Below are positions 21,405 to 31,302 of a stretch of DNA of 46,569 nucleotides, piece after piece. Source of the stretch: an uncultured Alphaproteobacteria bacterium. GTDB lineage: Bacteria; Pseudomonadota; Alphaproteobacteria; HIMB59; GCA-002718135. Made by a program: the position numbers and the translations under genes. The stretch covers positions 1 to 46,569 of the forward strand of contig CACAVG010000001.1 in assembly GCA_902535885.1 (NCBI GenBank), in the 5' to 3' direction. Within the stretch, counting starts at the first letter, position 1; each line of letters starts with the position of its first letter. Under the pieces are notes generated by a model. The model was not told where the DNA came from and searched no databases. It saw only the letters and a program-made list of their open reading frames with translations.

Positions 21405-22924
21405 TATGCAACACCAGCCATTAGCAATCCTAGCTCACGATCAGTAACATTTTTATTTTCCTTTTCTCCAACAATTTTTCCATCAAACATAACGATTATT
21501 CTGTCAGATAAGGATAAGATTTCATCTAACTCAACTGATGCTAATAGTATCGCTGCACCTTTATCTCTCATATCAATAAGACGTTGATGAATAAACTCGA
21601 TTGCTCCAATATCTACACCTCTTGTTGGCTGCCCCACTAAAAGAACTTTTGGATTTTCATTAAGCTCTCTACTCAAAATAATTTTTTGTTGATTACCTCC
21701 TGAAAAATTAGATGTTATTAAGTTTGGAGAATTAGGTCGAACATCATATTCTTGCATAACCTTATTTGAATATTCAGTAATTTCTTTATTGTTCAAAATT
21801 GCAGATTTTGAATATGGCTCTTGATCATGATAACCAAAAATTAAATTTTCATGAGCCTTGAAATCACTTATTAAACCCATTCTTTGCCTGTCTTCAGGTA
21901 CATGCGCTAAACCTTTTTCTTTAAGCATTCTTGGGTTTAGGAAATTATTCTGATCAGAAATTTTTTCACCAAATAATTCAATACTTCCAGACTCTACTTT
22001 TCTAATTCCTGAAAGTGCTTCTAATAATTCAGTTTGTCCATTACCAGTTACACCAGCAATACCCAGAATTTCTCCTGAACATATTTCTAGGTTTACATCT
22101 TTTACACGCGTTACATCTAGATCGTCTTTAACTGAAAGATTATTAACTTTGAATATGGTTTCCCCTTTTTTTATTTCTTTTTTATCAACTCTAAGTAAGA
22201 CACTTCTTCCTACCATCATTTCAGCTAGTTGTTCTTTGCTTGTATCTTCAGTTTTTGTATGCCCAACCATTTCGCCTTGACGCATCACTGATACTTCGCT
22301 TGTTAAATCCATTATTTCAATTAATTTATGTGTAATTAATACTATGGTTTTACCTTCATCTTTTAATGAACGAAGAATTTTAAATAACTCATCAACTTCT
22401 TGAGGTGTAAGAACTCCTGTTGGCTCATCAAGAATTAAAATTTCTGCTCCTCTGTATAAAGATTTTAATATTTCCACTCTTTGACGAAAACCTACAGATA
22501 AATCTGAAATAGTGGCATCAAGATCAATATTAAAATTATATGTTTGACATAATTTTTCTAAATCTTCTTTTGCCTTTTGTAATTTTTCACCAAATACTGT
22601 TTCACCTTCAAAACCAAGAATTATATTTTCTAGCACAGTAAAGTTTTCTACCAACATAAAATGTTGGTGAACCATTCCAATGCCATTTATTATTGAATCT
22701 CTTGGTGATCTTAAATTAATTTCTTTTCCATTAATCTTAATTGAACCCGAATTAGCTTGGTAAAGACCAAAGACTATACTCATCAAAGTAGATTTACCTG
22801 CTCCGTTTTCTCCAATTATGCCGTGAATTGTTCCTTTATTTATTTTGAGATTAATATTTTTGTTGGCCTGAACATGACCAAATGATTTATTTATATCCGT
22901 TAATTCTAAGATAGGTGAGACCAT
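21404..22924 (-). CDS. ABC transporter ATP-binding protein with two fused ATPase domains (sugar/nucleoside importer type)
   Basis: 506 aa. Walker A GENGAGKST, signature LSVGFRQR, Walker B ILILDEP and a second degenerate cassette (GVTGNGQTE, FSGGNQQK) are present. Confidence 0.9.
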   Translation of the reverse strand: MVSPILELTDINKSFGHVQANKNINLKINKGTIHGIIGENGAGKSTLMSIVFGLYQANSGSIKINGKEINLRSPRDSIINGIGMVHQHFMLVENFTVLENIILGFEGETVFGEKLQKAKEDLEKLCQTYNFNIDLDATISDLSVGFRQRVEILKSLYRGAEILILDEPTGVLTPQEVDELFKILRSLKDEGKTIVLITHKLIEIMDLTSEVSVMRQGEMVGHTKTEDTSKEQLAEMMVGRSVLLRVDKKEIKKGETIFKVNNLSVKDDLDVTRVKDVNLEICSGEILGIAGVTGNGQTELLEALSGIRKVESGSIELFGEKISDQNNFLNPRMLKEKGLAHVPEDRQRMGLISDFKAHENLIFGYHDQEPYSKSAILNNKEITEYSNKVMQEYDVRPNSPNLITSNFSGGNQQKIILSRELNENPKVLLVGQPTRGVDIGAIEFIHQRLIDMRDKGAAILLASVELDEILSLSDRIIVMFDGKIVGEKENKNVTDRELGLLMAGVA

Positions 22925-22970
22925 AAACTATTTATTAATCTTTGGTCTCACCAAATATTTATTTTAGTAT

Positions 22971-23948
22971 CTACTCTTGTGACCAGTCAGCAACAACTAG
23001 AGCACCGCTCGCAATGTCTGCGGCAGCAGCATCTGCGGCAGCAGCCATTTCAGATGTTACCATTCCATCTTCAGTTGCATAACCAACCATTCCTTCTGAA
23101 AGACCAAGAATGTTTATGCCAGATTCAAATCTGCCTGACTCAACATTTTTAGCTTGTTCAAAAATTGTTAGATCTAATCTCTTCAACATTGATGTTAACA
23201 TGTTACCTGGATGCATCCAGTTTTGATTAGAGTCAACTCCGATACCCATAATGCCGGCATCAGCCGCAGCTTGAAGAACACCAATACCTGTTCCACCAGC
23301 AGCTTGGTATACAACATCAGCACCACCATCAATTTGAGCTTTTGTTAATTCTGCACCTTTTGTTGGGTTATTCCATGCCTCGTTTGTAGTTCCAGTCATA
23401 TTAGCTAAAACAGTTATATCTGGATTTACATATTGTGCACCTTGCTCATAACCACCTTGGAATTTTCTAATCAGAGGAATATCCATTCCACCAACGAAAC
23501 CTATTGTTCCACTTTTAGAAGCCATAGCAGCCATCATTCCAACTAAGAAAGAACCTTCATGTTCTTTATAACAAGCTTGATAAATATTATTGTTTGGATC
23601 GTCTAACCAACAAACATCAACTGCAACAAATTTTATATCTGGGTAATCAGCTGAAACTGCTGCAACTGCATCAGCTTGAGCAAATCCCATTCCTACGATC
23701 ATTGTTGCTCCTCTATCAGCAATCTTGCGCATACCCTGCTCGATCTGATTGTCGTTTGCAGATTCAAACTCAATCATACCCCAGCCAAGTTCATTAACAA
23801 CTCTTTCAGCTGTATTGAATGCTAACTCGTTAAATGATTTGTCAAATTTTCCACCAGAGTCATAAACAACTCCTATTGTGTTTGCAAACGCACTTGAAGA
23901 GAAGACAAGAGCGAAAGAAACTGTAAAAATACTTAAAATTTTCTTCAT
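22971..23948 (-). CDS. BMP family (PnrA/Med-like) ABC substrate-binding protein, probably for nucleosides
   Basis: 325 aa. It has a signal peptide ending AFA-N and BMP-family blocks DKSFNE, GFVGGMDIPLIRKF, GGTGIGVLQAA and GVDSNQ. Confidence 0.85.
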   Translation of the reverse strand: MKKILSIFTVSFALVFSSSAFANTIGVVYDSGGKFDKSFNELAFNTAERVVNELGWGMIEFESANDNQIEQGMRKIADRGATMIVGMGFAQADAVAAVSADYPDIKFVAVDVCWLDDPNNNIYQACYKEHEGSFLVGMMAAMASKSGTIGFVGGMDIPLIRKFQGGYEQGAQYVNPDITVLANMTGTTNEAWNNPTKGAELTKAQIDGGADVVYQAAGGTGIGVLQAAADAGIMGIGVDSNQNWMHPGNMLTSMLKRLDLTIFEQAKNVESGRFESGINILGLSEGMVGYATEDGMVTSEMAAAADAAAADIASGALVVADWSQE

Positions 23949-24065
23949 ACCAAAAATCCCCCTTAAATATGAATTATAGATATCCCATTGATAACATTTT
24001 CTTGATAAAAAAATGCATTAAAAAATGAGATTATGGATAAATAATAGGATTTTTTATGGATAACT

Positions 24066-24686
24066 TCAAGTACCCATATACCTATCGCCTGCGTCACCTA
24101 AGCCCGGTACAATGAACTTATTTTTATTCAATTTGGCATCAATGTTGCAAGTAAATATATGAATGCCTTTTTGCTTTTTTTGAATATTTTTAATGCCCTC
24201 AGGAGCAGCTAGCAAAGACACTAAAAATATATCTTTAATACTAACGCCTTTGTTTTTTATTAAATTGATTGCAGCAATTGAAGAATTACCTGTGGCCAAC
24301 ATTGGATCTAGAATTAAAACTTTTTTATTTTTAACTCTTGGAAGTTTAAAGAGATATTCTACAGGCTCATAAGTTTGTTCGTCGCGATATAAACCTATGT
24401 GACCTTTTTCAGCTTCCGGTAAAAATTTTGCAAACCCCTCAAGTAACCCTAAACCGGCACGTAAAATTGGGACCAAAATTATGGGTTGACCCAAGACTGT
24501 ACCACTCATTTTTTTTAGAGGTGTTTCAATTGTTTGTTTTTTAAAGGGCACGTATTTAAGAACATCAGAAGCAATGAGGTAGCTTATTTCATTCATAGTT
24601 TGTCTAAAAACAGTATTTGATGTTTTTTTATTTCGTAAAATTGTTAGTTTGTATTGAACAAATGGTGATTTAATTACTGTAATCAT
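24066..24686 (-). CDS. upp: Uracil phosphoribosyltransferase
   Basis: 206 aa. Motifs ILRAGLG, the PRPP motif VLILDPMLATGNS, and GLGDAGDR are present. Confidence 0.95.
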   Translation of the reverse strand: MITVIKSPFVQYKLTILRNKKTSNTVFRQTMNEISYLIASDVLKYVPFKKQTIETPLKKMSGTVLGQPIILVPILRAGLGLLEGFAKFLPEAEKGHIGLYRDEQTYEPVEYLFKLPRVKNKKVLILDPMLATGNSSIAAINLIKNKGVSIKDIFLVSLLAAPEGIKNIQKKQKGIHIFTCNIDAKLNKNKFIVPGLGDAGDRYMGT

Positions 24687-24706
24687 ATGCGATTACATAT
24701 ATAGAA

Positions 24707-25207
24707 ATGCCACTAAGAGCAATGCGGTTATCAATTTATTTTTTAACATTAGTGTTTTTATCTAGCTGTACGACTATTGAGGTTGGAAGAGAGGTTGTTA
24801 AAGTTGGGGCGGTTGTAAAAGACAAAGTTGAGGAAACTATTACAAAAAAAGAGCCAGAAATTATTGAAGATAAAACTATTGTTGAAGAACAACAAATTAT
24901 CACTGAAGAAAAAGAAGAGGAAAAAACTATAGTTAAGGAGCAGCAAAAAATTGCAGAAATAAATTTCATGGGAAAACAACTTGCTGAGATAAAACAAAAA
25001 CTAGGGCAGCCTAATTTAGCACGAACTGATGGCTCGGTGCATATGATGCGATATGATAGTAGTTCATGTAGGTTGTTTATCTTCTTTAATATAAACTCAA
25101 ATAGTAAGAGAGTAGAATATTTTGAATTTCGAGACTCTTTAGGAGAGCTTATAAATACAAAGAACTCGATAGAAGAATGTTATAAAGAATACGACTTTAC
25201 TAGCTAA
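24707..25207 (+). CDS. Hypothetical lipoprotein with a Glu/Lys-rich repeat linker
   Basis: 166 aa. It has a lipobox-like LSSC after a hydrophobic N-terminus. The internal near-repeat is KTIVEEQQ / KTIVKEQQ. The C-terminal domain is of unknown family. Confidence 0.5.
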   Translation: MPLRAMRLSIYFLTLVFLSSCTTIEVGREVVKVGAVVKDKVEETITKKEPEIIEDKTIVEEQQIITEEKEEEKTIVKEQQKIAEINFMGKQLAEIKQKLGQPNLARTDGSVHMMRYDSSSCRLFIFFNINSNSKRVEYFEFRDSLGELINTKNSIEECYKEYDFTS

Positions 25208-28200
25208 TTTCAACAAGTAGGTCTTTGGTTTCCACATTATCACCAGATGCAACATTAATTGATTTGATTGTTCCACTTTTATCAGCGTTTATTGTAGTTT
25301 CCATTTTCATAGCCTCGATCACTAGTAACTTATCACCTTTAATCACCTTACTACCTGATTGGATAAATATTTTAGCAACTTGGCCTGGCAAAGGAGATCC
25401 AACATGATCCAAATTATTATCATCAGCTTTAGCTCTTTGTGTTATATTTTTTGAAAATTCTTTATTTTCTATATCTATTGTTCTTGGTTGTCCGTTAATT
25501 TCAAAAAACACGGAGCACTTTCCGTTACTATTAACTTCACTTTTTGCTAAATATCTTAAGATAAGGTTTTTTCCTTTATCAATTTCTATCGTGTATTCTT
25601 TATCTTGTTGAGGACCATAAAAAAACAATTCTGTTGAAAGAATTGACGTATCACTAAACTCCTTAAAGTGATCAACATAATCTTTAAAAACTTTTGGATA
25701 CATTAAGTAAGACGCTAGATGTGTTTGATTAACTTTCATCCCAATTTCATCTTCTAAATTTTTTGCTTCTTTATCTAAATCAACTGATTCTAAAACTTCT
25801 CCAGGTCTTTTTGTTAGAGGTTTTGTATCACCAAGAACTTTCTTTTGAAGTTCTTTCGGAAAGCCTCCATGTGGTATACCAATATCCCCTTTAAAAAATT
25901 CTATGACTGAAGCAGGAAAGGAAATTTCTTTTTTTGGATCTAGTACATCTTCTTTGGATAGATCATTAGCAATCATATAAAGCGACATATCGCCTACAAT
26001 TTTTGAAGAAGGGGTTACCTTCACAATATCACCAAAAAGTTGGTTTACCTCTGCATATTTATTAGCAACCATTCCCCACTTATCAGTTGTAATTCCCAAT
26101 GATCTCGCTTGTTCTTTTAAATTCGTAAACTGACCACCAGGCATTTGGTGAAGATACACATCAGAGCTTCCGCCTTTGAAATCAGTTTCAAAAGCATGAT
26201 AATTTTGACGTACCTGCTCCCAATATAAAGATAGTGTTCTTATAACCTCTTCATCAAGTTTTGGGTCTTGATGATTTTGTTTCATTATAGATACGATTGA
26301 ACCAAGCGCAGGTTGTGATGTTAATCCACTCATCGAGTCAATTGCAAGATCAACGATATCGACCTTTTCCTCAATAGCAGCAAGAACTGAAGCTGATGAA
26401 GTGCCAGATGTATCGTGAGTATGGAAATGAATTGGAAGATCAGTTGTTTGTTTAATTTCGTTAACTAATTTTTTTATAGCATTAGGTTTTGCTAATCCCG
26501 CCATATCTTTAATGGCAATAATATGTGCTCCTGCTTTTTCTAAATCTTTAACAAGATCAATATAATATTTTAATGTATATTTTTTCTCATTTGGATCAGT
26601 TACATCATTTGTATAACAGATAGTTCCTTCACAAATTTTATTTTGATTGCGGACTTCATCAATTGCAACACGCATATTATCAATTAGGTTTAATGAATCA
26701 AAAACTCGGAATACATCAATTCCAGCTTTTGCTGATTGTTGAATGAAATGTTTAACAACGTTATCTGGATAATTTTTATATCCAACAGCATTAGATCCTC
26801 TAAAGAGCATTTGTTTAAGAAGGTTAGGCGCCCTTTTATTTAATCTTGCTAATCTATCCCAAGGATCCTCTTTTAAAAAACGCATTGATGTATCGAAGGT
26901 TGCACCGCCCCAACATTCTAATGAGAACAAGTTGCTTAGATTTTCACTATAATATTCAGCAATGTTAATAAGATCATCTGTTCTCATTCTTGTAGCAAGA
27001 AGCGATTGGTGTGCATCACGCATCGTTGTGTCAGTAATTAGGGTGTAGGGTGTTTCTTTTATTTTTTTTGCAAATTTTTCTGGACCTAAAGTTTGTAAAT
27101 CTTTTACATAATTATTTTTTTCACTTTTAGTGTTTGAAATAGGAATTTGAACTTCTACAGTCGAATTACTACTGACTCTTCCAGATACATCATTGTGTCC
27201 ATTCACAATTATATTTCCAAGATAAGATACAATTTTTGATGCTCGATCTTTTTGTGGATTATAAGCATAGAGCTCTTTTTTAGTATCCACAAAATTAGTA
27301 TTGTAATTTCCTTCAAGGAAATCTTTATTGTTTATAAGAGACTCAAGAAATACTAAATTTGTTTTAACACCTCTAATTCTAAATTCTCGTAAAGCTCTAT
27401 CCATTCTTTTAATACAGTCGTCTTGATGCTTTGCCCAAGTTGTTACTTTTACAAGTAAAGAATCATAATACGGTGTGATGATAGAACCGGCAGAAGCATT
27501 TGCTGCATCTAGTCTCACTCCAAAACCAGCGGCCGAGCGGTAAGTCATAATCTTTCCATAATCGGGCATAAAATTATTAAGCGGATCTTCGGTAGTAACT
27601 CTACATTGAATAGCAAATCCGTTTAGATGAATATCTTCTTGTTTAGGAAGAGCTGGGTGACTTCCAATTTTTTCACCTTCTGCAATTTTAATTTGAGCTT
27701 TTACAATATCAATACCAGTTACCTCTTCTGTTACTGTATGTTCAACCTGGATTCTTGGGTTAACTTCAATGAAATAAAATTCGCCAGATTTTTTATCAAA
27801 CAAAAATTCAACAGTTCCTGCACCAAAGTATTTAACTTGTGTTGCAATTTTAATAGCAGCATTACAAATTTCTTCTCGAGTTTTATTTTCAAGAAAATGT
27901 GCAGGAGCTCTTTCAATAATCTTTTGATGCCTTCTTTGAAGAGAACAATCTCTTTCAAAAAGATGTATGATATTTCCGTGTTTGTCACCTAAAATTTGAA
28001 CTTCAATGTGCGCAGCATCTTCTAAAAATTTTTCTATAAATACTTCATCTTTTCCAAAAGCTTTAAGTGACTCACTTTGAGCAGTTGTAATTTGATCTAT
28101 TAATTCATTGCTTGATCTAACAACACGCATTCCTCGACCACCACCGCCCCAACTTGCTTTAACAATTACTGGGTAACCAATTTTCTCAACTTCTTTTTCA

Positions 28201-28643
28201 ACACTTTTTAAATTTTCTTTTGTTACAAGAACAGACGGAACGGTGCCTACCTTTGCTTCTTCAGCAACTTTTTTAGCTTCAGTTTTATTTCCAAATCTTT
28301 TTAGTATTTCTTTGCTAGGACCAATAAATGTTATGTTGTTTTTTTCACACTGCTCAGCTAGTTCAGGGCTCTCAGATAAAAATCCATAACCTGGATGGAT
28401 AGCATCAACCTTTGCATCTTTAGCAATTTTAATAATCGAGTCTATGTCCAAATATGCTTGAATTGGACCTTTGCCTTCACCAACTAAATAACTTTCATCC
28501 GTTTTAAATCGGTGAATAGCAAAACGATCTTCTTTAGAGTAAATAGCAGCTGTTTTAATGCCAGACTCTTCAGCAGCTCTAAAAATTCGAATAGCAATTT
28601 CACTTCTGTTTGCTGCTAAAATTTTACCAATCTTTTTCATCAA
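25200..28643 (-). CDS. pyc: Pyruvate carboxylase (single-chain: biotin carboxylase + carboxyltransferase + biotinyl domain)
   Basis: 1147 aa. It has an ATP-grasp BC domain (GGGGRGMR, EVNPRIQVEH), a CT domain (DTTMRDAHQSL, HFHTHDTSG) and a C-terminal biotinylation motif EAMKME. Confidence 0.95.
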   Translation of the reverse strand: MMKKIGKILAANRSEIAIRIFRAAEESGIKTAAIYSKEDRFAIHRFKTDESYLVGEGKGPIQAYLDIDSIIKIAKDAKVDAIHPGYGFLSESPELAEQCEKNNITFIGPSKEILKRFGNKTEAKKVAEEAKVGTVPSVLVTKENLKSVEKEVEKIGYPVIVKASWGGGGRGMRVVRSSNELIDQITTAQSESLKAFGKDEVFIEKFLEDAAHIEVQILGDKHGNIIHLFERDCSLQRRHQKIIERAPAHFLENKTREEICNAAIKIATQVKYFGAGTVEFLFDKKSGEFYFIEVNPRIQVEHTVTEEVTGIDIVKAQIKIAEGEKIGSHPALPKQEDIHLNGFAIQCRVTTEDPLNNFMPDYGKIMTYRSAAGFGVRLDAANASAGSIITPYYDSLLVKVTTWAKHQDDCIKRMDRALREFRIRGVKTNLVFLESLINNKDFLEGNYNTNFVDTKKELYAYNPQKDRASKIVSYLGNIIVNGHNDVSGRVSSNSTVEVQIPISNTKSEKNNYVKDLQTLGPEKFAKKIKETPYTLITDTTMRDAHQSLLATRMRTDDLINIAEYYSENLSNLFSLECWGGATFDTSMRFLKEDPWDRLARLNKRAPNLLKQMLFRGSNAVGYKNYPDNVVKHFIQQSAKAGIDVFRVFDSLNLIDNMRVAIDEVRNQNKICEGTICYTNDVTDPNEKKYTLKYYIDLVKDLEKAGAHIIAIKDMAGLAKPNAIKKLVNEIKQTTDLPIHFHTHDTSGTSSASVLAAIEEKVDIVDLAIDSMSGLTSQPALGSIVSIMKQNHQDPKLDEEVIRTLSLYWEQVRQNYHAFETDFKGGSSDVYLHQMPGGQFTNLKEQARSLGITTDKWGMVANKYAEVNQLFGDIVKVTPSSKIVGDMSLYMIANDLSKEDVLDPKKEISFPASVIEFFKGDIGIPHGGFPKELQKKVLGDTKPLTKRPGEVLESVDLDKEAKNLEDEIGMKVNQTHLASYLMYPKVFKDYVDHFKEFSDTSILSTELFFYGPQQDKEYTIEIDKGKNLILRYLAKSEVNSNGKCSVFFEINGQPRTIDIENKEFSKNITQRAKADDNNLDHVGSPLPGQVAKIFIQSGSKVIKGDKLLVIEAMKMETTINADKSGTIKSINVASGDNVETKDLLVEIS

Positions 28644-28852
28644 GCCACCATTAAATAAGGATTATTACTTAATATTTTTTCGGGGATGCATCTATATGTT
28701 CCTTACTAAATTAGCAAGAGATCAAAGGAATTTAGCCATTTTTTAGGATTTGGAAGCAATTATAAATTGATAATAAAATGCAAATTATCGTTTTAATATC
28801 TGTGCACATATGTCCCTTTATCAGAAAGGTTATTTTATATTAATGTCAAATT

Positions 28853-29299
28853 ATGAATTCATTAAATGAAAATATAAGGCCATATCAAAGCTGTTCTAAA
28901 TCAGTCTTCTTAATTTTAGGAATTATATTTATTAGTTGGATCTCATTGTTCTCTATTTTTCTAATTATACAAGGTGCTTGGCCTGTATCTATATTTCTTG
29001 GACTTGAATATCTGATAATTTTTTATTTAATCCGTTTATATTTCAAAGAAAAAAATATTAAGGATGAAATTAACATTAATCAAAAAGAAATATCTATAAA
29101 GAAATATAAAGGTGATAAACTTTTACATTCATCTAAATTCAGCACTTATTGGTCCAAAGTTTTTTTTACAAAATTTAAAAATACTTCCAAGTTATCAATA
29201 AGAGAATCAGATAAGGAAACTGAAGTTGCAACTTTCTTGCACGCTGATTTAAAGAAAAATTTGTACTTAAAAATTAAAAGACAGTTAAGCTATTATTAA
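28853..29299 (+). CDS. DUF2244-like integral membrane protein
   Basis: 148 aa. Two N-terminal TM helices carry the GAWPVSIF..LEY motif, followed by a soluble tail. Confidence 0.5.
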   Translation: MNSLNENIRPYQSCSKSVFLILGIIFISWISLFSIFLIIQGAWPVSIFLGLEYLIIFYLIRLYFKEKNIKDEININQKEISIKKYKGDKLLHSSKFSTYWSKVFFTKFKNTSKLSIRESDKETEVATFLHADLKKNLYLKIKRQLSYY

Positions 29300-30099
29300 A
29301 ATAACAAATCATTCATATTGAAAAGACCTGTTTTCTTTTTAGAAATAAAGATAGCAGCTTCGATGGCCCCATCTACAAAAATTGATCGATTATTAGCTTT
29401 ATGAACTAGATCGACTCTATCATTGGTACCAATAAAACTTACTGTATGTTCACCTGCAATTTCACCGCCTCTTGTAACAGAAAAACCAATGTCACCTTTT
29501 TTTCTAGATGATAGTTTTTTTGTACGATCTAAAACTTTTGTTTTATTTAATTTAGTTTTTCTTCCCTCCGCAGCATATTCGCCTAGAGACAAAGCGGTTC
29601 CGGAAGGAGCATCTTTTTTATGTTTATGATGAGTCTCAGCAATTTCAATATCATAATCAGTATCTTTTAAAGCTGATGATGTTTGTTTTACTAAGTTAAA
29701 TAGTAAGTTAACACCCAAGCTCATGTTAGAAGACATGAGTATAGGTATTTTTTTAGAATAACTTTTTACTTTCTTTTTTTGTGCATCTGTCATTCCGGTT
29801 GTACCAATAACAACTGCTGTTTTATTTGCAGAGGCGATTTTAAGATTATCTAAAGTTGACTCAGGTGTTGTAAAATCAATGATGACATTTGCTTCTTTGA
29901 TTAATTGAGCTGCATTAGCTGTAACTAATTTTGCAGAGTGTATACTTGAAACTTTGTTTAAAGGTTTGTTTATATCTTTATGTTTTTTGTGTTCAAAACC
30001 ACCAACAAATTCTAAATTTTTATTTTGTAAAATTTGTTTCGATATTTCCTGACCCATTCGGCCAAGACAACCTGCAACTGCTATTTTAATTTTTGCCAT
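29296..30099 (-). CDS. dapB: 4-hydroxy-tetrahydrodipicolinate reductase
   Basis: 267 aa. Motifs IAVAGCLGRMG (NAD(P) binding), ETHHKHKKDAPSGTA and the DapB C-terminus are present. Confidence 0.9.
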   Translation of the reverse strand: MAKIKIAVAGCLGRMGQEISKQILQNKNLEFVGGFEHKKHKDINKPLNKVSSIHSAKLVTANAAQLIKEANVIIDFTTPESTLDNLKIASANKTAVVIGTTGMTDAQKKKVKSYSKKIPILMSSNMSLGVNLLFNLVKQTSSALKDTDYDIEIAETHHKHKKDAPSGTALSLGEYAAEGRKTKLNKTKVLDRTKKLSSRKKGDIGFSVTRGGEIAGEHTVSFIGTNDRVDLVHKANNRSIFVDGAIEAAIFISKKKTGLFNMNDLLF

Positions 30100-30140
30100 A
30101 AAAACTTCTTATACTTTGGTGATTGTAAGTTGAAAAGAAA

Positions 30141-31274
30141 TTAAGTTAAATCTTCCCAGACTTCTTTTAATTTTGAGAAAAAACCTTGCGATTTTGGGCT
30201 ATGTTTTTTTGATGTCCCACCTTCATTTTCAAACTCTCTCAAAATATCTTTTTGTTTGCTATTTAGATTGACTGGTATTTCAACGTTTGCTTGCACATAC
30301 ATATCACCCCTTCTACTTTGTCGGAGTATACTCATTCCTTTGCCGCGAAGTCTAAATTGTGTCTCAGATTGAGTTCCCGCTGGAATATTAAGTCTAGCTT
30401 TTTTTCCTTCAATGGTTGGAACCTCTATTTCGCCACCTAAAATAGCAGTAGTGATTGAAATTGGTATTTCACAAAATAAATTTTCTTCTTCTCTTTCAAA
30501 GAGTTTGTCCTTTTGAACTTCAACAAAAATATATAGATCCCCATTTCCAGCACCTCTTTCACCAGGTTCACCTTCACCGGCTATTCTAATTCTTGTACCT
30601 GTATCAACACCAGCGGGAATAGTAACTGAAATTGTTTTCTGTTTTTTAATATTTCCAGTTCCAGAACATTTAAGACATGGATTTTTTATACTTGAACCTT
30701 CTCCACCACATGTAGGGCATGGTCTTTCAATTGAAAAGAATCCTTGTTGAGATCGAACTTTTCCTGCACCACCACAAGTAGAACAAGTGCTTGGTCCAGA
30801 TTTATCTGCACTTCCAGTTGCTGCACAAGCATCACAACCAACGTATGTAGGTATTCTTATTTGTGGTTTCTTTCCAGTGAAAGCTTCAAATAGTGAAACG
30901 GACATATTATAACGAAGATCACTTCCTCTTTGAGGTCCTCGTCTTCTTGATGATTGTCCTCCAAAACCCCCACCAAAAAACTCTTCAAAGATATCAGAAA
31001 AGCCACCTGCAAAATCTCCAAAGCCTTGAGCTCCACCCATTCCACCTTGCTTGAAAGCGTCATGTCCATATTGATCATAAGCTGATCTTTTTTCTGAATC
31101 TTTTAGAACTTCGTAAGCAGCAGCTGCTTCTTTGAATCTTCTTTCAGCTGTTTTGTCATCCTTGTTACGATCAGGATGATATTTCATGGCCTGTTTTCTA
31201 TAAGCTTTTTTTATTTCATCTTCACTGGCGTTTCGTTGAACGCCTAGTATCTCATAGAAATCTTTATCAGCCAC
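30141..31274 (-). CDS. dnaJ: Molecular chaperone DnaJ
   Basis: 377 aa. It has a J domain (YHPDRN), a G/F-rich linker and four CxxCxGxG zinc-finger repeats. The start is a GTG preceded by AAGGAGGAG. Confidence 0.95.
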   Translation of the reverse strand: MADKDFYEILGVQRNASEDEIKKAYRKQAMKYHPDRNKDDKTAERRFKEAAAAYEVLKDSEKRSAYDQYGHDAFKQGGMGGAQGFGDFAGGFSDIFEEFFGGGFGGQSSRRRGPQRGSDLRYNMSVSLFEAFTGKKPQIRIPTYVGCDACAATGSADKSGPSTCSTCGGAGKVRSQQGFFSIERPCPTCGGEGSSIKNPCLKCSGTGNIKKQKTISVTIPAGVDTGTRIRIAGEGEPGERGAGNGDLYIFVEVQKDKLFEREEENLFCEIPISITTAILGGEIEVPTIEGKKARLNIPAGTQSETQFRLRGKGMSILRQSRRGDMYVQANVEIPVNLNSKQKDILREFENEGGTSKKHSPKSQGFFSKLKEVWEDLT

Positions 31275-31302
31275 ATCTCCTCCTTATAAAAATTATGGAG
31301 CG

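Noticed and set aside
24736-24997. Two 77-79-aa ORFs antisense to the lipoprotein gene
   Set aside because: They arise from the Glu/Lys-rich repeat region (GAA/AAA-rich sense strand gives TTC/TTT-rich antisense). They are low-complexity artefacts.
25016-25042. CIRCE-like sequence TTAGCACGA-N9-TCGGTGCAT
   Set aside because: The left arm matches only 7/9 positions and the right arm needs an indel to pair. It lies inside the coding region of the hypothetical lipoprotein gene, not upstream of a chaperone gene. It is probably coincidental.
28558-28746. 62-aa ORF spanning the pyc start and the spacer, plus tiny ORFs in the 209-bp gap (for example a 25-aa hydrophobic peptide on the minus strand)
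   Set aside because: The first half is antisense to the pyc N-terminus. The short ORFs have no RBS or conservation evidence available and cannot be supported from sequence alone.
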